A stretch of 63,637 nucleotides of DNA, counting the filler, from Octopus bimaculoides (taxonomy: Eukaryota): NCBI RefSeq assembly GCF_001194135.2. It is 7 parts of 6 records of this genome, joined end to end, with 100 filler letters (N's around TTAATTAATTAA, not from the genome) between each part and the next. Parts side by side here need not be neighbours in the genome. Positions count along the whole stretch, not along the records: positions 30,565 to 56,645 come from NC_068983.1; positions 56,746 to 59,322 come from NC_069003.1; positions 59,423 to 62,167 come from NC_068997.1; positions 62,268 to 63,637 come from NC_068989.1; 3 more parts are not named here. The stretch is one strand, 5' to 3'. The notes beneath the pieces are model-generated. The model saw only the letters and a program-made list of their open reading frames with translations. It made no database searches and had not been told where the DNA came from. Each line of letters starts with the position of its first letter. Position 1 is the first letter of the stretch. Positions 51,017 to 63,582 of this stretch are shown one piece after another. Made by a program: the position numbers and the translations under genes.

Positions 51017-52174
51017 CCACACAGCTACTCCTGCGCTTCCACATATCTATGCCTGCGCCTCCACACAACCACTGTGCGTGTTGTTTATTTTGTTGATCCG
51101 TGAAGAAATGAAATGAAAATTCAACATGAGCGCTAAATGCAATCAGAACGTGAAGGAACCTAGCTAAATATTGGCTTCACATTTTGACTCTAAGTCAGTT
51201 ATTTCGGGGAAGGAGTTAAGTCGATTACATCGACTCTAGTGTTCAAATTGTACTCATTTTATCGATCTCTAAAAGATGAAAGGCAAAGTCGACTTCGGTG
51301 AATATTAATATTGATTTCAAATTTTGGCACAAGGCCAGCAATTTCGGGGAAGGAGGTAAGTCGAGAACTAAATAAAAATAACACTAAAAGTTACTGCAAT
51401 CGGGCAGCATGTCCCACACGATTCGCTTGTATCGCTTTAAGTTTTAAGGTAAATAACATAAAAGGACATATGTATTATAGAAAGGTTATTCTGATAAAAA
51501 GATAAAAAATTTCTAGCTCTTTTTTAGTTCATGAGAGTTTTGAACACAGTAGGAACTGACGGGAAATGTTGAGAGTTTGTAGTTTTACGTGCACGTGAGG
51601 AAAGTGATTGTAGAGAGAAAAGTGATATGTGAGAAAGAGGGTTTAGTAGAGAGAGAGAGAGAGAGAGAGAGAGTAAGACCAATAAGAGAAGAAGGAATAG
51701 TCAGTTTATAGAGGGGATGAATTTTGTTAGCAAGGTCAGTGCCCGCAACAGCAAACTTATCAAATGTCATATTCACACCACCACCCCACAAACACAAACA
51801 CATACAGTTGTGACATAAATACATGTACACACAAGTAGTAGCCAAACTCACATACATAAATGTAACTGCATACGAACACTTCAACAATGAAAGTTCTGAT
51901 ATCAGCTTGCATATGAGCGTTTGCACACACAACACAATTTAGAATAAGATAAAAATGAAATAGGAATAACGGAAATATAATGAAATAGAATAAATGATAA
52001 AGATATTTAAAAAGAAAAGAAGTTTTCTCTCCGAGGCACTTGCATAAATATCAGTGGGATGGATATGAGATGAGTACGAATAGTAAATAAAAATGTATTC
52101 ATTTTGAGTGCAGGTGATGTCTCAAGGACATTGCTGTATGTATGTTTTCTGGGATATGTTGCTGGATGGTGGTT

Positions 52175-52384
52175 AGCCGTGCCCAGCATGGAGAGAATTT
52201 TCAAGGAGTGGTCAAATATGCTGAAATTGTAGACTATGTGTTAGCCCTGAATACATCGATGAATGTTGCAAATGCGCATGCAAAAGTGGTCGCGCAGTTG
52301 CTGATATATATTACCAAAATAGAGGGTACCACAGCACAATTTGCATATGAGCTTGGCAGATGTGAACGTGAAGTTTTGAGTGAC
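52175..52384 (-). mobile_element. Penelope-like element GIY-YIG endonuclease relic
   Basis: Translates VTQNFTFTSAKLICKLCCGTLYFGNIYQQLRDHFCMRICNIHRCIQG*HIVYNFSIFDHSLKILSMLGTA. This follows the PLE pattern FTC.S.N.IY.I.C..C..LYIG.T...L..RF.EH......V..HF...DHS. Confidence 0.62.
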
Positions 52385-52807
52385 CTGGTACCGCAATTTA
52401 GGGCAGGTGATTGCTTTGCTGCATTATTTCAATACATCTGATCTTCCTATAAACCGCCTCTCGGATTACAACTCGCTATGAAATACGAAGAACAATGCAT
52501 ATTCACTTTTATTTCCAGTAGATCTAAATAAACGTTTCTCTTTATTTTCTCTTCCTAATCCCACCCTGTTTATGCATGTGTATTTTTCAGAATGTCATTA
52601 AAAATAAGCATTTTCCTTCATGTTTATTTTTATAAATTTTTATTTAATTTTATTTGGTTTCCGATTATTTTGATTTTCCTTCTATCAAGCAACGTCAAGC
52701 CTAATCAGTATTTAGATGGGTGACCACTTGAGAAATCTAGGAGCTACAAGCAAAAACTTTGGTTTATTTTTAAGGTGGCAAACTGGTATATTCGTTAATG
52801 CGTCGGA

Positions 52808-53075
52808 CGGGTGCATAGCACAGTAGTTAGAGCGTCGGGCTTATAATCATAAGGTAGTGAGTTCGATTCCCGGACCGGGCTGTGTGTTGTGTTCTTGAGC
52901 AAGAAACTTTATTTCACATTGTTCCAGTTCACTCGGCTTTAGAAATGAGTTGCCACGTCACTGTAACGGCGTTTGCCTTATTCTTGGATAAACAACCTTA
53001 TCCGGATTTGTGCCTCGGAGGTTAACTTTCAAGGTGCAATCCCATGGTCATTTATGATCATTTATGACCGAGGGT
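52808..53075 (+). mobile_element. tRNA-head SINE (B-like head, third tail type)
   Basis: gagttcgattcccggaccggg...tgtgttcttgagcaagaaactttatttcac, then a tail unrelated to family A. Confidence 0.7.
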
Positions 53076-53779
53076 AGGGTCATTAATTTCTCTCGACAAT
53101 TTACGGTCCGAGCTCAAATTCTAACGAGGTCAACTTTGCTTTCATTCTTAAGAAGTCGATGAAATAAAGTACCAATCAGATACTGGGGTAATATAATCGA
53201 CCCCCCCCCCTAAATTTGCTGACCTTGTGCCAAAATTAGAATATTACTGAATGTATGGGCACGCAAAAAGGAACTCAGTAACATACTCTATTGTTCGTGT
53301 TTATGTGTATTCCTCACGTATATATGCGTGTATTTATGTACTGCTGTCTATATGTGTATTTATGGGTGTGTTGACTGTATGTGTCTGCGTGTGGAGTGAA
53401 TACAGCTGCTGTTAACTTCCTGCTGTTGTCACTAACCTGGCCAGTATCAACATTCACTCTCTTAAGCTGAGCAATCATTTCCGTTATCGACTTAATTATT
53501 TATTTATTAATCTTTGTTCCCAAAATTCTTTCCTCTCTATCACCACTTTTGTCTTACAGACTATATCTCTCACATGCATGCTTAACTAATAATGCTATCA
53601 ATTCAGGCCAATCTTCACAGTGTCCATTGTTGGCATGGACTAAAGGTGAAGACAATCTTTCTCCCAGTCTCTGTGAAAAAGGATATTATCCGAAGCGCCG
53701 AAAACTCTTCTCTCAACAATATATACTCTAAATGACTTTAAACTTTACAACTAAATACAATTTTGCGCTATTACTTTTG

Positions 53780-53887
<108 letters not shown>

Positions 53888-54386
53888 TATATTTCTTAAC
53901 ATACTGTAGGCTATTTAGTACTATACAGATATGAGTGCTTAAGAAGTTCGTTCTTGAATAACGAGGTCATAAGTTCCATCCTGCCAAAACAGCACCTTGG
54001 AAAAGTATCTTCTACGATAGCCGCAAGTTGTCCCTGCCATTGCAACAAAAACTGGGTAGACGGAGACTGTATGGAGACCCGCGAAATGAATTGCACTTGT
54101 TATTCATTATTTTCATACACTGTGTATGACGCTGATTCTGCTTGAAGATTGTGTTAAGCCTTGACATGTCAGTGAATTCTATCAGTGGAATACTCAGCTA
54201 TTTGCATTAATATCTAATGAATAGGATATTCCGTTGTTTGAACGACATTAGCATTCACCATCGACACTAGTGGAAGCTCCATTATTATAATTACTTAACC
54301 TCTCATAAATTATGTATACGCATATTTATATTACTAGCAAGAAAATTGTATTTATATTACTTAAACAGCATAATCTGTGTGTGTAT

Positions 54387-54532
54387 CAGCGGCTCCTAAC
54401 CGTTTCACTACCAAGGACCCCTTTATTTAAATGAGTTTTCCCACAGACCTCAGGATATTAAAAGGTCTGTCAGCTCAAAATGTTCACGGATCCCCAGTAC
54501 TACCTTTGTGGACGACAGGTTGGGAACCACTG
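54387..54532. mobile_element. Old hAT-type MITE
   Basis: Ends cagcggctcctaacc / ggttgggaaccactg (3 mismatches in 15). No TSD recognisable. Confidence 0.6.
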
Positions 54533-56049
54533 CCCTTAATCATTTGTGTATGTATATTACTTAACATACCACATGTCACACACAATGTATGTATTTGTAT
54601 AGTATGTATGTATGTATGTATGTATGTATGTATGCATGCATGTATGCATGTATTTATGTATATATTAGTTAACGCACTACAGAATATGCGTCTATGTATA
54701 TTAATGCACCACGGAACATATATCTATATATGTATATATTATATATTACGTAACATAACATCATAGCACATATCATATGTTCGTAACTCACCATACGTCA
54801 TAAGCTTATGTATACTACGTAACGTTCCATTTTTCACGAGTGTGTGTGAATATATAACGCAAATACATATACACACGAACATATGGGAGTCGGTTTTATA
54901 AAATATACAATCATACTATTTAATGATGTATTACGTAAGACACGTTTGTGAGTGATACAGACCATAGCGTTTGTAGATTGAATCTATATGTTGCTAAGTT
55001 CGTGAAAATATATTTAATGCAAGGAATGTTAAAAACCTAGCTAAAAATAAATATACGCCGAGAAAAACGAAACCATATTGATCAAAGACAAGCCTAATAT
55101 TATTTTTCCATTTTTGCGAACATATACAAGAGACAATTCAGACACGTTTCAATTTTATTCTGATTCCTCCCGAAAAGTCATATTATGACATTCCATATAT
55201 AAGGAGATATAAAGGAATATTTAATTTAATATACACGATATATAGGAAAATGAAATTTGGCGTTGAATGCATTTGAATGTCTCATCTTAGTAGGTTTTCA
55301 TTCAATTCTCGTACATTTTCTAAGGTTGGGTATGTATGTATGCATGCATGCATGCATGCATGTATGTATGTATGTATGTATGTATGTATGTATGTATGTA
55401 TGTATGTATGTATCTATGTATGTATGTATGTACGTATGAGTGTATGTATGTATGTATGTATGTATGTATAGACATGCATTATATTATCAATAATGATAGT
55501 ATAATGCATGTCTATACATGCATTACACTATCATAAAGACCAAGGAATTATACTATCATAAAGACCAAAGAAAGCCGAAACCACATGATGTGGCAGTTCC
55601 ACCTGTGGTATCAGACGAGTATTTCCCGCCAGCGATATAAACACGAGTGCTTATATGCACTCGTATAATACAGTATAATATTATCACTGTAATTATTTTG
55701 GTTGTGGTCTTTAGGTGAGATGTGACCTTCCTTTCTCCGCACCATCACACTCATCTCTCACGATATTTTACTCTCTCATTTCCTTCTCTTATTCCATTCT
55801 GATATGATAAACTTAGTGTACATATTTGCATACTGATGTTTTCAACGGTTTGCATTTTTCTTTGTGTTATATCTTTGCCAATGATGCTTGCGAAGCCTGC
55901 GGATTATTTTGTGTTGCGTAATGGGGCCAACAAGCTTACGTAATTAACAGCGGCTGGCTTTTTGAAACACGCGTACGTTATATAAAGTATAAACTACCGG
56001 TTACGCTTCCTTTTCCATATAAACGTGCGGGCTCACGCGCGCGTGTGCG

Positions 56050-56353
56050 TCCATCCTTCAAACCGTCCATCCATTTTTTCCGTTCACCATTCCTGGGAGG
56101 GTCGTGGTGGTAGAGTCCTGAGGCACCTCCTCCATGTGGTCTTATCAGAAGCAACCATCAATAGACATTCCGGCTGGATTACCAAGCGCGACCAACTTGA
56201 GACTATGGATATTATTTTCAATTATCTAATACTTTCCTGGTTATTCTAGCAAACTTTTTGTGACAGTTCTACTGGGTACTCTATTCCGATCTTCTTTATA
56301 TTCCTCTTGATGCCTTCTGATACTGTTGCCAAGGAACCAACAATAATTGGCAC
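56050..56353 (-). mobile_element. 5'-truncated RLE-type LINE 3' end (family 2)
   Basis: Minus strand VPIIVGSLATVSEGIKRNIKKIGIEYPVELSQKVC..RITRKVLDN* (stop at 56218-56220), plus 3' UTR. Confidence 0.78.
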
Positions 56354-56415
<62 letters not shown>

Positions 56416-56645
56416 GTTCAGTAGTTTTATTTTTATAACGTGCTTTCACTTCACTACCGAGCGCAGCTCTGTGCGCCTTAGGTATGTGCTGTGGTGCTCT
56501 TATGTTTACTGTATTGAAAGTGTTTTGCGTAGAATGTGTGCAGTACCCAGTAGTGCAATTTTCTGTATGTTATATATATTTGTAAGTCCTGGTGTTTTTG
56601 TTATGTATTTGTCTGAATATTTTTTTTATTATACCCAATGCACCT
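56416..56645 (-). mobile_element. RLE-type LINE 3' end (family 1) with (AAT)n tract
   Basis: Minus strand GALGIIKK.YSDKYITKTPGLTNIYNIQKIALLGTAHILRKTLSIQ*, then a UTR ending actactgaa and (AAT)n at 56354-56415. The 5' side enters a gap. Confidence 0.85.
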
Positions 56646-56769
56646 NNNNNNNNNNNNNNNNNNNNNNNNNNNNNNNNNNNNNNNNNNNNTTAATTAATTA
56701 ANNNNNNNNNNNNNNNNNNNNNNNNNNNNNNNNNNNNNNNNNNNNCATACACACGCATATATTCATATT

Positions 56770-57001
56770 AAGGTGGCGAGCTGGCAGAAACGTTAGCACG
56801 CCGGGCAAAATGCTTAGCTGTATTTCATCTGCCGCTACGTTCTGAGTTCAAATTCCGCTGAGGTCAACTTTGCCTTTCAACATTTCGGGGTCGATTAAAT
56901 AAGTACCAGTTACGCACTGGAGTCGATATAATCGACTTAATCCGTTTGTCTGTCCTTGTTTGTCCCCTCTGTGTGTAGCCCCTTGTGGGTAGTAAAGAAA
57001 T
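56770..57001 (+). mobile_element. SINE family E head with alternative tail
   Basis: Same head and body as 26766/31572 up to aatcgact, then atccgtttgtctgtccttgtttgtcccctc...aaagaaat instead. Near-TSD catatattcat. Confidence 0.85.
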
Positions 57002-57521
57002 AACACACATATATTCATGTATACACACACACACACACCTTTACTATACATCCTTCTCATTTCCACTCACTGCCTCTCTATATTTTCCTCTCTTCTCTTT
57101 TACATTCCATCTTACTGAAGATGTCTATCCATTTTCCTCCCTCCATCTTGTTCTCCCTTCCTTCTTCTTAAGATTCTCTCCCCTCTGTCTGTCTGTATGT
57201 CTGTCTGTCTATCCATTGTATCATTCAAAAAAGCTCCTCTTAGAATTCTAGCTATTCATTTGTTGTTTGTAATAGTGGGAGATAAGTCAGCAATGCTCTC
57301 CACACATCATCCACTCTCTCTACTATAGCTATTCGGTTATACTGGGTCATCCCATAAATAATGCAGTTTTTTCATTTGCATGAATATCGGAGGGGGATGG
57401 GATAAACTACATGCATCAACTTGCTATAAAAGCAGGTAGTAATTTTACCTTGTCCTTATTCTTAGTGCAAGTTTTGAAGAGTGCAGTTCGATTTTTAACT
57501 GTTATTTTTTTCAAAACTATA

Positions 57522-58001
57522 ATAGAAGTGACAAAGGAGCATATTTAGCATATTTTGCTTTATGAGTCCAATAAAGGCAATGATGCAATGGAAAGTACAA
57601 GGAATATTAATGCACTGTATGGGGATTGGACAATAAGTGTAAGCCAGTGTCAACGGTAGTTCTAGAAATTCCGAACCGAAGACTACAGCCTGAAAGATCA
57701 TTCTGAAAGATCGGTAGAGCTTGATGAGGATGTCCTGCAAACTCTGGTGGAACAAAATCCCATCATAACTGTTGAGGAACTTGCAGAGAAGGATGGATTT
57801 GGTCATTCAACCATGGATTGACACCTACATGCCTTCAGGAAAGTCAAAAAATTGGGTCAATGGCTTCCTCACAATCTTTCCAAGTCTAATTGCATGCACA
57901 GTGTGAATATGTGTTCTTCTTTGCTGTCCCGTCTCATGCATAGACCTTTTTTGGATCGAATAGTGACTGGTGACGAGAAATAGGTTCTCTATGAAAATGT
58001 C
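57522..58001 (+). mobile_element. mariner transposase relic, N-terminal 160 codons
   Basis: A single frame with stops: EVTKEHI*HILLYESNKGNDA...KKLGQWLPHNL...PFLDRIVTGDEK*VLYENV (WVPHEL-like motif and first catalytic D). Confidence 0.92.
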
Positions 58002-58835
58002 ATAGTAACGAAGCTAACAAATGCAGAGTGAAGCAGCTTGGCACAGATTGACCTTAAACTCTGCTGTGCATGCACACTAAGTTTTAGCATTCTAACTCAC
58101 TTCCGCTTTTTACAGCAGTGCTTGGAAGAAAGGTGTGTAGTGTGTGATCATAGCATTGACCATGGCAGAGAAACTTGAGCAGAGAATCTGCATCAAATTT
58201 TGCCAAAAGCTTGGCAATACCTGCTCAGAGGCCTATGCAAAGTTTTCAAGAGGTTTTCTTTGTTCTCGACACAATCAAGTTCTTGTGCAACTGAAACCCG
58301 CATCTCTTTTTGGTCAGCAGAAAGCAGTTTTGGCACAAGCTTGGCAGACAAGCCTCTCATATACCCAAATCTCCAGTGATAATGGACTGAACTGAACTGT
58401 AATTAATCTGCACATCCTCTGATAACTCACGGATGGTGATTTCCCTTCACAGTTGCACACACATCTGCAATGATTTTCTCAGTTTTGTTGGTTGCAGGTC
58501 TCCCAGAACTTTCGTCAATATTGACATTTTTCAGCCTTCTTGGAAACATCTGAACCACTCATGCACTTTTATGCAGCTTATACACTCCTCTCCATACACT
58601 TTCTGTAATTTTGTGTAGGACTCTGACCAGGTATTGCCACGACAACTTTCTCTATTATGGTCAATGCAACGATCACACACTACACACCTTCCTTCCAAGC
58701 ACTGCTGTAAACAGCAGAAGTGAACTAGAATGTTAAAACTTAGTGCAGAAGCACAGGCGTCAAGCGGCTTTACTCTGCTTGCTTTAGCTTCGTTACTATA
58801 GCAACAGTTCAGATACTTATTGATCAGATCTCATA
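58002..58835. mobile_element. Second mariner family arranged as two inward-facing 5' ends (fold-back)
   Basis: 58002-~58250 (+) carries the 5' UTR and MAEKLEQRICIKFCQKLGNTCSEAYAK. 58835-~58250 (-) carries a TIR-like end, the same UTR, and ...KLQKVYGEEC..KVHEWFRCFQEG...SGRP...LVPKLL. The outer arms atagtaacgaagcta / tagcttcgttactat are complementary. Confidence 0.85.
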
Positions 58836-58845
58836 CATATATATA

Positions 58846-59049
58846 TATTCTTTTACTGGTTTCAGTCATTTGACTGCAGCCATGCTGGAGCACTACCTTT
58901 AGTCAAATGAATCGACCCTAGGACTTATTCTTTGTAAGCTTAGTAATTATTCTATCACTCTCTTTTGCCGAAATGCTAAGTTACAGTGATGTAAACACAC
59001 AAACATCAGATTTCAAGAGATGGTGGGGTACAAACAAAGACACACAAAC

Positions 59050-59095
<46 letters not shown>

Positions 59096-59305
59096 ATGTG
59101 TGTGTGTGTATGTGTGTGTGTGTTTGTATATATATATATATACGACGGGCTTCTTTCAGTTTCCATCTACCAAATCCACTCACAAGGCTTTGGTCAGCCC
59201 GAGGCTGTATAGCAAAAGACACTTGTCCAAGGTGCCACACAGTGGGACTGAACCTGGAACCATGTGGTTGGTAAGCAAGCTTCTTACCACACAGCCACGC
59301 CTGTG
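58846..59305 (-). mobile_element. Full-length SINE family D
   Basis: Complete head-to-tail copy with internal (TA)n(TG)n. Confidence 0.92.
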
Positions 59306-59422
59306 CATATATATATATATATNNNNNNNNNNNNNNNNNNNNNNNNNNNNNNNNNNNNNNNNNNNNTTAATTAATTAANNNNNNNNNNNNNNNNNNNNNN
59401 NNNNNNNNNNNNNNNNNNNNNN

Positions 59423-59471
<49 letters not shown>

Positions 59472-60122
59472 CACACACACACATGTACATATGTACACAC
59501 ACTGCCTAATGTATATACATATACACATCTATATATTACAATGAATATGTGCATATATATGTATATAGCTATATGCGTACACATATGCACACAGACACAC
59601 ATAGAAGTACATATACATAGATAGATACACAGAAGGATATGTGCGCACTTAAACAGGTTCATACCACACATATGCATGCATACATGTATACATACATACC
59701 TAGATGCATACATACGTGTAGTGATCCGTATGTTGTTGTATATATATATATATAGATAGATATATTTGTGCGTTGTTTGTGTATGCGGCTATGGTTGTTA
59801 ATAAAAGAAATATTCTCATTGGTCTGTATCATGAAGCCATAGAGAATTACCAAGCTGTGGACTCTATCAATGTTTCCGGATATGAATTCAAGAAATTTAA
59901 CCTTCAATGGAACTAATCGTGCATTCCATCATCAAAGAATGAGGGCTGAATAATTGTTGTTTATGATGATGATAATAATAATGATAAGAATAATGATATT
60001 AATAATACTAATGATAATGACAATAATGCTGCTAATAATATTTTCTTTCATGTTAAAAAACAACAATAATGCTACAACTTATAATAGCAATAATAATAAC
60101 AACAATGATGATGATGATGATG

Positions 60123-60192
<70 letters not shown>

Positions 60193-60420
60193 TGATGATG
60201 ATNNNNNNNNNNATGATGATGATGATAATAATAATAATAATAATAATAATTATAATAATAACGATGATAATAATAATAATAATAATAATAATAATAGTAA
60301 TAGTAATAATAACCATATTACCATTTTTATTGTTGTTGGGTTGTTTTAATTAGCATTTTGTTATATGATCATTATTATCATGTTTGCCATTATCTCTCAA
60401 TTGTTTTAGTGCTTATTGGT

Positions 60421-60461
<41 letters not shown>

Positions 60462-60734
60462 GCTGCTGCTTCTGCTGCTACTGCTGCTGCTGCTGCTGCT
60501 GCTGTAGAGTGCAACTAATGTAACTTAAAGTATCTTCATACCGTTATGATAAAAATTAATCCTTCCTATCTAAGGTAGAAAGCCTGGGATTTGAAGGGAG
60601 GGTTAGTCAATTACGTCGACCCTAGCGTTTCACTCGTACTTAATTTATCGACCCCGAAAGTATGAAAAGCAAAATCGACCTAAGCATTTCGTGAAGCACG
60701 CTGAAGATTCTTCCAGCTCACAAACTTATATAAC

Positions 60735-60799
<65 letters not shown>

Positions 60800-61085
60800 A
60801 AAGAAGAAGAAGAAGAAGAAGAAGAAGAAGAAGAAGAAGAAGAAGAAGAAGAAGAAAAAGAAGAAGAAGAAGAAGAAGAAGAAGAAGAAGAAGAAGAAGA
60901 ATTAAGATGAAGAAGAATTTGGGATGAAGACGAGGAATTATGAAGATAAACATGAAAAAAGAAAACAGTGACTGGCAACAAACAATCAATACTTATTATC
61001 AGCCTCTTGATCATCATTATCCTCATCATTGTCGTCGTCGTCGTCGCCATCATCATGATCACCATCATCATCACACGCCCCTCAG

Positions 61086-61127
<42 letters not shown>

Positions 61128-61286
61128 CTCTTTCTACGTCCATTTTATAATTCCCATACTTTTCTTACGATAAGAACACGTCGTAACTTTCATCATATTT
61201 CTCGATTTATTTTTCTTATCTCCTTTTTTTTCATCTCCCACGTCTTCTCCTTCACCTCCTCATCATCAACTTCATCATTATCATTA

Positions 61287-61351
<65 letters not shown>

Positions 61352-61607
61352 GCCTTTGCACAGCTTCTAACGCTAGAGATGTACTACGGTGTCCGCTGTA
61401 CACTACCAGTGAACTAAGGTAACAACCCTTATTTTTCGAACCCCATCCAGAGTATTCGAGCGGTTCCAAGCAGTGATGTTTTCTCCAAGTGCTCCACCCA
61501 ATTTGCAGCCCCTATTTGTGCCATGTACTTCTCAAAATTTTTACTCACAGGGCTCCAACAATTATTGGTACTACTATCACCTTTTTCAGCGACCACAACT
61601 GCTTTAC
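61352..61607 (-). mobile_element. RLE-type LINE 3' end (family 3) with (AAT)n tract
   Basis: Minus strand VKQLWSLKKVIVVPIIVGAL/SKNFEKYMAQIGAANWVEHLEKTSLLGTARILWMGFEK*, then a short UTR and about 22 AAT units. Confidence 0.85.
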
Positions 61608-61988
61608 ATTATTTCAATAGGGTACTAAAACGCCACAAATATTTTTTTTAATATTTACTCGAAACTATGTTTAAAATATTAATCTATGCTTATATTAATC
61701 TATATTAATCTTATATAAATTGTATATGCGATTATGCATTCGGTGCAATTAATTATTATGCACGGATAATTTTACATTTATTTGTAAATAGAGTTCAGCC
61801 CAGGCAGTTCCGGTTTGCATTATCAAAATGTAATAATCGTATCTTCCAGCAATTTTCGGGACAGTAATTTGTAGATGGCTGGACAGATGGATAGCTTTAA
61901 AGAAATTGGCAAATAATTAATTCGTCAATTCTATCTAATCCCCGTGGGCCTGGTTCAAATACGGCTTTCTTTTTGAGCATACATATGC

Positions 61989-62039
<51 letters not shown>

Positions 62040-62300
62040 CCTGTGCGTGTGAGCATGTGTATTTGTGTGCGTGTGTGTATGTGTTTGTATCCGCCCGTTC
62101 GCCCGAATGTTGTGCTTGTGTTCTATTGTTAAACACAAACAATTTCGCGTTCTCTCGAAGTTTCTATNNNNNNNNNNNNNNNNNNNNNNNNNNNNNNNNN
62201 NNNNNNNNNNNTTAATTAATTAANNNNNNNNNNNNNNNNNNNNNNNNNNNNNNNNNNNNNNNNNNNNTATATATATATATATATATATATGTATAGCATT

Positions 62301-62343
<43 letters not shown>

Positions 62344-62877
62344 CTCTCTCTTCCTTTCTTTTTCTTTCTCACGTTTCTACTGCCCGCACACCGAGATCAT
62401 AAATATATTCACCCCTTCCTCACCCCCTCATACATACCAGACATAATATTTTTAGTATTATACGAGGTGTGGTAGTGGGTCGCGGGTGTAACGTTGACTC
62501 ACCAGAATCTCACCGGGCAATGATATTCAAATGTATTGTTAGCCTGAGATAGTTCACAGCGTTCTGAGTTCGAATTACAGCCGGACCCCTTGATATTCTC
62601 GGGTCCTTACATGGGTGAGTGGTTAAGAAGATCGTTTAAGAAACACCTGGTCTCAGGTTCAGTTCCACTGGGAGCTCCTTAGGCAAGTGTCTTCTACTGG
62701 AGCTCCAGGTCACCGTCTCCCTTGCAAGTGAATTTGTAGACAGAAACACGGAAACTTAAAGAAACTATTCATACGACGATGGTTTAACCGGCTAAAATTT
62801 CGAAGTCACAATCAACAACATTCTTAGAAAATTACTATTTGTAAATCTCACAACGTGAGATATTCAGCAACAGTACT

Positions 62878-63232
62878 TTGTAGTAAAGATTGTTTGCCAA
62901 CATAACATGGTAGTCCTGGTTTAGGATGAATGTTACTGTTATTTAGCCCCAGGAGACATCGTCTCCGGCTGGCTATACGACACAAACTGTGTCCTTATAT
63001 TTTCGAACAAGGGAATCTATCACCCCCACTCAGCTCAAATAACCCGGAAATCGCGATACACAGATATTGCTTTGAGCTGAGTGGGGGTACTAGATTCCTT
63101 TGTTCGAAAATATAAGGACACAGATTGTATCATATAGCCAGCTGGATACGATGTTTCCTGGGGCTAAATTACAGCAACATTCGTCCTAAACCAGGATTGC
63201 CATGTTATGTTGGCAAACAATCATTACTACAA
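62878..63232. repeat. Long fold-back element, 162-bp arms and 31-bp loop
   Basis: 62878-63039 versus the reverse complement of 63071-63232: 15 mismatches and no gaps by manual comparison (about 91% identical). Confidence 0.93.
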
Positions 63233-63582
63233 CAAAATTCTTGTTTAAGAATAATAGATTTGTTCTCTACAAAAGTATAGGGAAACTCATCAGATTAATA
63301 TAAAATTGTTTTTATTATAGCAAGCAAAGTAGTTTGTTAGAAAATGTATGAAATGAAAGCCTCCTTCAGCTGGTTGTCGATGCAGTCTGCACCCGATATA
63401 TATTGCAAGCAAGGGAGCGAACCCTTACCATTTTCTAGCAGATGACGGGACCACCTGACCGTACGGTTTCGTGTTATTTGTGTTCATCCTCAGTGGTGGA
63501 CATCCATCCGCTAGAAATAGCAGTAATCCGCTCCAGTACGCAAACCGAATATAAAAACAAACATTAACATCATGTGTGTGTT

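Noticed and set aside
50394-51116. 240-aa ORF
   Set aside because: Chance read-through of an RTE LINE relic (off-frame) into an antisense family D SINE.
53560-53645. Strong acceptor followed by open frame LYLSHACLTNNAINSGQSSQCPLLAWTK and a gtgaag donor
   Set aside because: Isolated, weak donor, and no recognisable family; cannot be supported without transcripts.
55527-55568. 17-bp direct repeat actatcataaagaccaa with 8-bp spacer
   Set aside because: Only two units; a simple local duplication, not an array.
59954-61173. Poly-Asn, poly-Ile, poly-Arg and poly-Ser ORFs
   Set aside because: Translations of trinucleotide microsatellites.
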